Of a stretch of DNA of 64,000 nt, positions 53,825 through 64,000 are shown piece by piece. Both the position numbers and the translations under genes were made by a program. This stretch comes from Octopus sinensis (lineage: Eukaryota). The notes under the pieces were generated by a model. That model was not told the origin of the DNA and did no database searches. It was given only the letters and a program-made list of their open reading frames with translations. Positions within the stretch are counted from its first letter, which is position 1. Each line of letters opens with the position of its first letter. The stretch covers positions 105,400,001 to 105,464,000 of the forward strand of contig NC_043000.1 of NCBI RefSeq assembly GCF_006345805.1, in the 5' to 3' direction.

Positions 53825-53897
53825 ATAGTGGAGTCAGTGCAGTGCCATCCCAGCTGAAAGACAAGCAGAACACTCTTGTTGCATCGGAGAATAACAT
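53825..53897 (+). CDS. second coding exon of the secreted protein ((N)SGVSAVPSQLKDKQNTLVASENN)
   Basis: Long pyrimidine tract ending tatacag; donor CAT|gtaaga; phase 1 matches the 41946 donor and completes the signal peptide (VSA|VP). Confidence 0.6.
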
Positions 53898-53905
53898 GTA
53901 AGAGT

Positions 53906-53974
<69 letters not shown>

Positions 53975-54293
53975 AGGAGGAGGAGGAGGAGGAGGAGGAG
54001 GAAGATGATATAGCACCCCATCCCCAGTCAATGTTGATTGAGCAGACCTATGATCAAAAATTAGATGTATTTTATTTAGTGCATTGTGCTACATAATCCA
54101 ATGAAACATTTTCGAAAAGACTGTTAGATTCGATTTGATGTAAATTTCGGCTAATATTTATAGCGCGTTTGTCAACTGCTATGGACTGCATATTTGCATA
54201 TTTGGCTCATTGTTTCGGACTAAGCCCATTGTCTAAAACAGAAAAGTGATTTTAAAATGTATGTTTATATTCACAAATACACACACACACACA

Positions 54294-54362
<69 letters not shown>

Positions 54363-54598
54363 ATATATAATAGAAATATTAAAATTACTAAGTCTCTCTA
54401 AAAGAGAACAGCGGCAGCGTTCCCGGAAAATAATATTATACGCCATACTAATATGGCATTCTTATAAAAATAAGAATAAAGCTGTCCGCTTATTAGCTCC
54501 ATGAGGCCATCGCCTTAAGTTAGCTATTTGATACACAAACTGTATCCATATAACCTTCGAACAAGGGAGGTCAGTCGCTCCACACTACTTGACCGGCA

Positions 54599-54640
54599 GC
54601 TACAGACGCGTTTCGGGGTATTGCCCCTTTTCAATGCAGC
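54599..54640 (-). ncRNA. type-I hammerhead ribozyme, U3-A8 variant
   Basis: GCUGCA UUGAAAA GGGG caaua CCCC GAAA CGCG UC UGUAGC. Confidence 0.75.
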
Positions 54641-54962
54641 GTAGCCAGCCAGTAGGTGTCGCTTCCGACAATCTCTGTTCGATGGTTTTATTTACCTAGT
54701 TTCGGTGGAATACATCCACTTGTTTTTTCAATAATAGAAATATTAAAATTACTAAGTCTCTCTAAAAGAGAACAGCGGCAGCGTTCCCGGAAAATAATAG
54801 TTATCGCCATACTAATATGGCATTCTTATAAAAATAAGAATAAAGCTGTCCGCTTATTAGCTCCATGAGGCCATCGCCTTAAGTTAGCTATTTGATACAC
54901 AAACTGTATCCATATAACCTTCGAACAAGGGAGGTCAGTCGCTCCACACTACTTGACCGGCA

Positions 54963-55004
54963 GCTACAGACGCGTTTCGGGGTATTGCCCCTTTTCAATG
55001 CAGC
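54963..55004 (-). ncRNA. type-I hammerhead ribozyme, U3-A8 variant (copy 2)
   Basis: Identical to 54599-54640, 364 bp away. Confidence 0.75.
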
Positions 55005-55215
55005 GTAGCCAGCCAGTAGGTGTCGCTTCCGACAATCTCTGTTCGATGGTTTTATTTACCTATTATTTTCCGGGAACGCTGCCGCTGTTCTCTTTTAGAG
55101 AGACTTAGTAATTTTAATATTTCTATTATTGAAAACAAGTGGATGTATTCCACCGAACTAGGTAAATAAAACCATCGAACAGAGATTGTCGAAGCGACAG
55201 CTACTGGCTGGCTAC

Positions 55216-55257
55216 GCTGCTATTGAAAAGGGGCAATACCCGAAACGCGTCTGTAGC
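55216..55257 (+). ncRNA. type-I hammerhead ribozyme, U3-A8 variant (inverted copy)
   Basis: gctgc(t)a ttgaaaa gggg caata ccc gaaa cgcg tc tgtagc; two single-base indels. Confidence 0.65.
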
Positions 55258-55438
55258 TGCCGGTCAAGTAGTGTGGAGCGACTGACCCCTCCTTGTTCGA
55301 AGGGTATATGGATACAGTTTGTGTATCAAATAGCTAACTTAAGGCGATGGCCTCATGGAGCTAATAAGCGGACAGCTTTATTCTTATTTTATAAGAATGC
55401 CATATTAGTATGGCGATAATAAATATATATATATAATA

Positions 55439-55503
<65 letters not shown>

Positions 55504-56705
55504 TATAGTTGAATTTACAGAAAAACAAAATTACAGAAAAACAAAATACAAAATCTGCACACATACATACATACATACATACATACATACATACAACATA
55601 CATACATACCCTGTTGTTGATGTTGAAATTCCAATGAAGGAGCCTCGAATCTAGGTTAGTAACTGGTTCTTTCTCTATTGGCAAGTAATGTTGAAATAAA
55701 AATGAACAATGACATACATACATGCATACATACATACTGATAAAAACCTACTACATACATCACAAATATATATATATATATATATATATGTAAATATATC
55801 TGTCTATCAATGCACACATACACCTGCATGCACGCACGCACGCACACACACACACGCACACACCACACACACATACACGCACACACATACACACACACAT
55901 TAACGCACTCATATGTTAAAAATCAATAGTCTTTCTTGACTAATACCCCACCCCATGTTATTCTGTAATGAACAGGCTTGAATTCTGCAAAAGACCTAAA
56001 TAACTCTCAGAGTATCCATTAATCCGTTCTCTCAACCTGTTAGCTATTCATACATAGATACATTTATATCTCTATTTGATTCAACAAAAAGAAAAATACA
56101 CCCACTCCCCAATGCATGTGTATACAGCATACACTTATATTTACATGCACAAAAATCGTCGATTAGCGTACTTTAGTATACGAATCATGTGCATTCATTA
56201 TATCAATGCAAACAGTGGCTCATACTCATATATTCGTACCTACAAAATAACTGCATACACTCACACCCATGCAAATATCCACTGTCATATATACACTCAT
56301 AGACCCACACTTATTTACAAATCTCTGGAATTATCTATATTAAAAGAAAGAGACCATACTACGCTGTTTGTGATCAGTTTAAATTCTACCAAGAAGAATT
56401 TAAATAAACCCCAAGGAAAACATATGTACGATCTGCAAGCACGCACGCTGTCAGCGACCAATGAAATATGCAAGCCTTTTCATAAGTTCAAAATTTAACT
56501 CTATAGAATTGTTACTGCTACATAAATTGCAACGATGGAGCCGTTTTCCTCATGCATATAGTTGCATATCTAAACATGCTCATATATATTTAAATGATAA
56601 ACTTCTGGAAAGTTTTACAGATTTTTGCAGTTCCAGTGATGGATTCGATCTGTAGTCTTTGAATTAGCTTTCCGCTTTCTGGTTTTCGGGAGCTAAATTT
56701 CTCAA

Positions 56706-56805
56706 NNNNNNNNNNNNNNNNNNNNNNNNNNNNNNNNNNNNNNNNNNNNNNNNNNNNNNNNNNNNNNNNNNNNNNNNNNNNNNNNNNNNNNNNNNNNNNN
56801 NNNNN
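56706..56805. other. assembly gap (100 N)
   Basis: N run. Confidence 1.
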
Positions 56806-57031
56806 TACACAAATAATAACAACACAACATATGTGTACGTATTCTAATTCATATTCACCTTTACTCACCGTAACATACGCATGCGTACATTACAGTTATA
56901 TGCACGTATATGTGTGTATATATATGTAGACACACACACGCACCCACACGTGTCTGTTCATGTGTCTCTCCCTGTGTATGTACCATCACTGCCCGGTAAC
57001 ACATACGCACGCACACACACACACATACACA

Positions 57032-57888
57032 CAGGGTGCGATGGATAAATGGTTGCCGTTTTATATTTTTTATTTCACGCATGCGCATTGTTTGTTTTTG
57101 ATTTTGTTGATTGCACAGTATAGTAGGCACCGTCTATGAGAAAAACAGTACCATGACTCAATTCACTCTGCCAGAAATTTAGAAACATGCTGTACTGTTT
57201 TGCAATAGCGCCGGAAACTCAGAATGTTTGGGTGTCAATCAGAGGTCAGTGCAATCTGAGGACATGTACCGAGAGTGATAAAAATCAAACATCCTGTCAG
57301 CATCATGGTGTTTGGAGTGATCACTAGTGATGGCGACGTTATTCCTCCATTCATCTTCCCACACAGTCTGACACCCAATTGGGAGGCCTACATCAAGTGC
57401 CTGGAAGATGTAGTGCTGTCCTGGGTCAAGAGGGTGGCTGCTGGAAGACCATATGTCTGGCAACAGGACTCTGCACCATGCCACACAAGCAGGTGAACCC
57501 AGCCATGGCTGTCAGACAATTTCTGCGACCACATCATCCCTAGCATCTGGCCACCTAACACCCCAAACTGCAACCTCTTTGAGTATCAAGAGTGGGGCGC
57601 AGTTGAGCGAGAGACCAACAAAACTCTTTGTAACACCAAAGATGAACCGAAGGCAAAGATTATGGCAGCATTCACCAGCTTAAACAACGAGACCGTCCAG
57701 AAGAGTTGCATGAGGTTCCGAAGTCGTCTGGAGACTGCGGTTGAACCAATGGCGATTTTATTGAATAAATTTACTCTTTAGCATTTCAAGATATTTTTAT
57801 GTAATTTTAGTAAATATATCTGTTAAAAGATGTCAGTGTTATTTTCATTTTTGCGTAATTTAGACGACAATATATTCACCGCACCCTG
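57032..57888 (+). mobile_element. Tc1/mariner-superfamily (maT/DD37D-like) element, internally deleted
   Basis: TIRs cagggtgcg / cgcaccctg+TA; KHPVSIMVFGVITSDG..YVWQQDSAPCH, WPPNTP. Confidence 0.85.
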
Positions 57889-58074
57889 TATATATAATTT
57901 TATATTAGATTATATTATATTATATTATATCATATTATATCTATATGTAACATATATATATATTAGACAGACAGACAGACATTACTGGTTTATTTATTCA
58001 TAGACCTGTTGATTGATTCATCGAGTATCAAACAGCCAGGTTATCATTAATCTAAATATAAGCGTGTATAGATA

Positions 58075-58126
<52 letters not shown>

Positions 58127-58129
58127 TGT

Positions 58130-58173
<44 letters not shown>

Positions 58174-58479
58174 TATATATGATTTTACAAATGGACCGAA
58201 ATGAACTCAATACATGAAGTAGAGAATATATATCGTTGCTATTATGCAAAAGTGTCGTAAGTCCAAAACGTTGCTTTTTTAGAAAACGAAAAAATAGCTT
58301 CCCCATTCCATAGCAAGTCTACTGTACTACACTTTGACAATTTTTCATATCTTGGCATCTGAAGCAGCTGGAGATGCAATAGTTTGACCTAAAGAACCAG
58401 CTATTGCAAGATAAAATAAATATTGAAAGAAACGCAAGTGGCCAAATTTGGACATACAACAGTTTAATATAATAACAAT

Positions 58480-58688
58480 GATGTGATTGCGTGTGTATCG
58501 TTGGCGATTTTCTTTCTCCGTCTTCCCTTCTTTGGACTTTTCTTTTTTTTTATATATATTTCTGACGAAGAGCTCCGCTCGAAACGTGAAATCCTCCTTC
58601 TTTCTTTCCTTTCCTGAGCGTCCAATAACACTATACTTAGTCCACGTCCTCGTGTTGTTTTTTCTCTTTGTTCAGTTTGGATTAACTA
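58480..58688 (+). mobile_element. PLE-like terminal fragment abutting (TA)n
   Basis: Reverse-orientation homologue of 23632-23850. Confidence 0.6.
58558..58592 (+). ncRNA. minimal type-I hammerhead-like motif
   Basis: AUUU CUGACGA A GAGC ucc GCUC GAAA CG UG AAAU. Confidence 0.6.
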
Positions 58689-58706
58689 GATATATATAGA
58701 TATAAT

Positions 58707-58781
<75 letters not shown>

Positions 58782-58996
58782 TATATATATTATATATATA
58801 TATATAATATCAGAGTTTGCTAATGAAACCAAAAAAGGCCAGGGTCTTAGAAAAAGAAGGAAGCAAACAAACAAAAGAAGGAAGAAATGTGGTTGATGTC
58901 CCGCGTTACAGTACATTAATTTGAAAATTCAGTGATTATAATAGAATTCGAATGCAACATTCATTACATATGCGTCAGTACACGTAAATAATTTAG

Positions 58997-59029
<33 letters not shown>

Positions 59030-59287
59030 AACAAACAAGAAGGGATAAATACGTGTGAGTAAGGATAAAGTTTAAATATGCGTGGCTGATAAATAACAGA
59101 AATGCACCTGTATAATTATATATAGATATATTTAAAAATAACAGTATATATAGATGGTTTGCATCCAAGAAACTTCAAGTAATGTGGAACTAAGTCAATC
59201 TTTTTATATATAATTTGGTGTATGTTTACATGTGTGTATGCATATAGTATGTATCTCTCTCTTTTTCTCACTCCCTAAATATATATG

Positions 59288-59535
59288 TGATTGTCCACTC
59301 GTGACCGAGGAAGACTATCACTGGTCATTGCGCATGCAAAATGCCAACGATGCCCGTGCATTTGCGGCCGGCTTCACACGTTGAAACTACACTAGGTTCA
59401 CCCGTCCTTGACAGGTTTGTTTCTAATCCTGCTGGGTTGCTAGCAACCCTCCTCAGCATGCAAGCTTAGTGGGGATTCCGATTTAGTCACCGACGACCCG
59501 ATCATGCAACAGGTTGTACTGGATTTCATATTACC
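59288..59535 (-). mobile_element. short RTE-derived non-autonomous element
   Basis: Minus strand ends in RTE-like gtcttcctcggtcacgagtggacaatc; gcaaccc RTE 5'UTR-like motif; HDV-like fold at the 5' end. Confidence 0.5.
59478..59535 (-). ncRNA. degenerate HDV-like ribozyme
   Basis: P1 GGUAAU/AUGAUC, P2 CCAGU/AUCGG, P3 ACA/UGC with L3 ACCUGU, GG (P1.1), P4 UCG ucgg UGA, J4/2 CUAA. Confidence 0.45.
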
Positions 59536-59573
59536 AGTAGCATTGATGAAATACCTCAATAGTGACCTTACAT

Positions 59574-59612
<39 letters not shown>

Positions 59613-60670
59613 TTCATTGTTATAATTTACCAATTGAATGACAAATCATAATAGTATTGAAAATTTCCTGTTGTCCAAGTTATATGTAATTATAAGAGTT
59701 GTAAAAGGACTGGATAAAATAGTTTGCGATATTCGTTCTAGCTCTCCGCGTTTTGAATTCAAATCTCGCGTCAGTATAATCTTACATCCCTCCGTATGTC
59801 ATTAGATAAGTTCATTACTGAAGCCGATTCTTATGAGCAAATCAACTCTTTTTTTTTTTTTTGTACTTTCGTACTTTTATAACTAACAGTTGTTCTGTCT
59901 AGCCTGGGGGGTTTGACCTGGAAGAGAAGTGAAATTTTAATCTCTTATTTCCCATATATCATTTATTATGCTTGACTGTCTTGGTTAACAGACAATGGAA
60001 AGCTCGAGGGAAAACCATTGTTTGACTGTTCCTAGGGCATCAGTTGGGCTTAATCCGGACCTGCTTACCTGCTTATTACATGAATAATATAGAGATTAAC
60101 AATGAAGCTTGAGATTATAGAAGTGAATGCAGGGTGTCAGCAGATAACCTTGATTATCTTGAATATGTCAATACTTTGATTACAATAGAACATGTGTAAT
60201 TTCTAAAGCCAACAGATCGGTCAGTAACAACAATCACCTTCCTTGCCAAAGTGATAAACTGATTAATGTTTTCTGTTATGGTTACCTAACCTGTCCATAC
60301 TTGTTATCCATACTAGTGACGTATACAATGGCTGAGCGGTAAGGAGTTATCGATAAGGAAATTGTACTTTGCTACCGGTGATGCATCATGACCTTTAGAA
60401 ACATTGCTTTTGCTACTTTTTTTTTTTTGTTTTTAAGGAAACTGAAAACTCGATGACAGGCTGTAGTCGTCGCCGTTGGTGTTCATCAGAGCAGCTTTAG
60501 TCTTCTTCTTCTAATCTAATCCATTCAAATCAAGAATGTTTACAGGTTTATCAAACTGATTCCATTCTGAACTAGTACATTCTTCTGCTCTATTTTATCG
60601 ACCTCGGAAGTTTGAAAGAAAAAGTTGTCTTCGACGAAATTAAAACTCAGAGTATAAAGGGTTGTTACTA

Positions 60671-61975
60671 TCAGCCTGAGTAAAAAGTAAGCAACGTTTT
60701 GAAACATGAAATTCATCACAATATATTTCAACAATGTGAAAATTTTATTCATCAAATTAAGTACCATCACAATCAACATATTTTTGCTAACGAGTTACGA
60801 GTTTGTTTATTCCGGTAACATAGAAATCTGGAGTTCTGAACGCACTTTCAGCAACGGTTTGATTTTTGAACTCCTCTCAAAGTGCTTGAAAATGTGGTAG
60901 TCGGTTGGAGAAAGGTCTGGGGAAGCACTTCGTAGCCATGTTCCCTCAACTTCTGGAGCGTCATTAGTGAAACGTGTGGTCGAACATTGTCATGAAGAAT
61001 GATTGAACCTCATCTGTTGACCAGTCTGGAACGGAGCAGTAGTAGTTTTTCGTTCATTTTGGCAATTTCATAGCAATATGTTTCTACAATAATGGTTTTT
61101 CCGGGTTTTAAGAAGTTATAGTGGATGAGTCCAGCAGTACACCACCAAACAGTCACCCTAACCTTCTTTTTGAAAAGTCCGGATTTAGGGAAGGTATTCG
61201 GTGCTTCATTTCGGTCCAACCACTGCGAAGAACGTACGTTCATTGTTGTACAGAATCCGCTTTTCATCGCAAGTTACAATACGGTCGAGAAATGGATCGG
61301 TCTGGTTACGGAGAAGAAGCGACAAGCAAATTTTATATCTGTGCATTTTCTGATTTTCATTCAAATCGTGTGGTACCCATTTGTAGAGCATTTTTGATTT
61401 TCTGATCGCATGCAAATGGTTGCAGGTAGTTTTCTGGCTTACTTTTTTGCCAGTTCTTGAGTGGTTTTACGTGGATCTTTCTTAATGGCGGTCTTTAATT
61501 GACCGTCACCGATGACAGATGGGCATCCACTACGCTCACGATCTTCAAAGCTCATGTCTCCACTGCGAAGTCGTTTAAACCATTTTCGAGCTGACAACTC
61601 GCTGGTCATTTCCTCACCAAACGTCTTCAAAGCTCATGTCTCCACTGCGAAATCGTTTAAACCATTTTCGAGCTGACTACTCGCTAATCATTTCCTCACC
61701 AAACGTTTCGTTGATATCGCAAGTAGCTTCAGCTACTTTACGTCCTTTTTTTAAGTTGAATAGCAAAATTGTTCGAATATCGCGCTTTGACAGTTCAATT
61801 TCAGATTATTGTAACAGCTGTGAGAAGAATACCAATGTTAATTTATTGATGCATTTGTGCAAGTTTATGTATTATAAGACAATTGCAAAAATGTTTTAAA
61901 AAATTCAAAACTCTGCAAAAATCCGGTACAAAATCTTCATGGCTCAAAATGTTGCTTACTTTTTATTCAACCTGA
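60671..61975 (-). mobile_element. near full-length mariner transposon, frameshifted
   Basis: TIRs tcagcctgagtaaaaagtaagcaac / gttgcttactttttattcaacctga with TA TSDs; WVPHDL, RIVTCDEKRILYNN, HDNVRPH, PDLSPTDYH. Confidence 0.95.
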
Positions 61976-62999
61976 TAAATACCACAACACATTTTGCACG
62001 ACTCTCTACCAATTCTGACAAACTAGCGCCATGATCAAGCATACTTTTGAGAGAAGGTGTTTTATCTATGACCACCTCAATAATTTGCACATAATGTATG
62101 TATACCTACGGAGTAGACATACAAGTCAATTTTAACCATTTCTCGGTAGATTGAAAAACATATGAACAACTTTAATCGATTTTCGACTCTTATTGGGGGT
62201 CTCATCAGAAATGTCTGCAACAATTGACCAAGCACATAGAAATGAGTAGCCATTCTGTTTATATACACATCAAATCTAGTAACTAGGGAGAATTGGAGCT
62301 ACTAATTTGCTTAACATTATTGTTTAACACTATATTTAATATCAGTGGCCTGTCAACGGGAAACCCAGTCTACACAGTATCAGGACATGATGTAATATAT
62401 ATATAAACCTACGTAGGCGACATACAAACATGTCGATTTTACCTATTTGTCTGTAGATTGAAAAACATGAAGAACTGCCTGAATCGATTTATGACTACAT
62501 TATTCAATTTGCTCTTATTTTTTTAACACAGGAATATGGTGGGGAGGAGAAGCGGCTTTTTTTTTTATAGGCTATCGGAAAATAAGATGAAATGGTTAAG
62601 TTTGGAATGCTTTTGATCATGGATATCTGCTATTTCGAGTTCAATCTAAGGCTAAAACAAAAGACCGCTACTATATGGCGGCTTGATCTGCTAGAAATCG
62701 CAAGCAAATTTCATTCAAATTACACCCTTCCAATCGTTTTGAAAAAGGAGAGACACATTATACACTATATCTATAAATACACTAAGTCCGAAAGACAAGA
62801 TGTTCACAGTTGGAGGGTCTTTGATTATTTGTTTGGTGTTAAGCTATATTGATTCCTTAACAACAATAATAGCAATATGGATTTCTTAACTCAATATAAG
62901 AAATCATTATTGTTGTTGTTATTTAACCCCAGGTCATCTGTGATTAAGTAGGCATACAATGAAAAGCTTTCTAGCTGTGACCATCCCATTTTTTCTGTG

Positions 63000-63430
63000 A
63001 TTGTACTGGTAGTAATGGTGGTGGTTTTAGAAGCGGATGTGACAATAATGATGGAGGTAATAGTGGTAGTTGCTGTAGTGGTTGTGGTCGGGATGGTGGT
63101 AATGGTGGGTGTATGGCTGAGGTGGTGTTGGTGTTAGTGGTGGAGGTTTCTTTTTATGTTCGAATACTAGTGATGATGGTTGTGGTTGTTGTGATTCTAG
63201 TGACAGTAGTGCTAGACTTTGTGGTCGTGATGTAAGAGACGGTGGTGATGGGTTGTAAGAACTTATTTGTAGAGGATTGTAAAAGCATTAGAGGTTGTAG
63301 TAATGGTTACAGTAGTGGTGTTGATAGTGGTAGTGGAGGTGGTGGTGATGGTGGCAATGGTAACGATGGTGGTATTTTAAAATCAAGGAGAAAACCAGCT
63401 GTGGCGGCGGCAGTGATGGTGATGAGGGTT
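63000..63430. repeat. (GGT/GTA) low-complexity tract
   Basis: Directly visible. Confidence 0.85.
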
Positions 63431-63699
63431 AATGAGGTGCACAAACAAAGAAATACAACCAGAAATGGGAGGCCTTCACTAGCACAACCAAAAAGCTCCA
63501 CCAGACTGATTTTACTAAAAACCAATTCGAACATTTGCAATAAGTTAAAAGTAAATTCCAGCATGACCTAAGAATGTTCAATCTTTTAGTAAATAAATGA
63601 TTCCTGAAGAACTTTTAAGAAACCTATCCGACTCCCAGCTCCTCCGTTTTTCCCAACGATCAAAATAAATAATCTCTGTCACTTTTCTTTCTCCGACCA

Positions 63700-64000
63700 C
63701 CATGGCCGTGCTCAGAGACGGATTGCGTAAATACGCAGGCCTAGAGTCGCTTTTAGAGCTAGGATACCTTCTCAACAATCTCGAGTAACTAAATATAGAT
63801 GTGGTAGTCATCAATGTAGCTAGGATTTCCAAGACGCACATACTCTCACCTGTCTTCGACGGTTTTGGGGTGAAATCATTTTATGGTCGATCAGAATCGG
63901 ATACTGGAATGGCTGTGCTGATTTGGAAAAGCTCAAATATCGATGTACAGACGATTTTCCTGAACTCAATAACGCTGGTCCTGAATGAAGCAGGGCGCTC
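63700..64000 (+). mobile_element. L1/Tx1-type LINE ORF2 start (APE endonuclease), decayed
   Basis: CVNT..GL..GYLLNNLE*LNIDVVVIN, TGMAVLIWK resemble the APE motifs N..GL, D.V.IQE and GVA.L. Confidence 0.6.

Larger units (their letters stand above)
54367..55420. mobile_element. 364-bp hammerhead-containing unit in tandem plus an inverted copy, in (TA)n (retrozyme/PLE pLTR-like)
   Basis: 54367-54730 is repeated from 54731 to 55060; 55061-55420 is an inverted, circularly permuted copy. Confidence 0.85.

Noticed and set aside
59890-60540. Non-repetitive-looking stretch
   Set aside because: The frames I read contain stops and no motif was recognised; cannot classify

Overview
Repeat-saturated eukaryotic DNA, most likely an octopus (cephalopod) scaffold. 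This is inferred from the tRNA-derived SINE families, the extreme (TA)n/(GT)n/(ATGT)n/(GATA)n load and the TE mix. Almost all listed ORFs are microsatellite artefacts. Supported content: several tRNA-SINE families (some with TSDs); decayed mariner, Tc1/maT-like and pogo/Tigger transposons; LINE fragments (R4/Dong in (TAA)n, RTE with three C2H2 fingers, L1/Tx1-type APE); and Penelope-like elements (PLEs: RT, GIY-YIG and many short remnants in (TA)n). Two phase-compatible exons (41883-41946 + 53825-53897) encode the N-terminus of a secreted protein. The most notable signal is a dense set of self-cleaving-ribozyme motifs. About ten minimal type-I hammerhead motifs occur in TA-embedded PLE/retrozyme-like units, including non-canonical cores with a covarying 3-8 pair: U3-A8 in a 364-bp tandem-plus-inverted array, and G3-C8 in another family. 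A degenerate HDV-like ribozyme sits at the 5' end of a short RTE-derived element. All structures were parsed by eye; none was computed or tested.
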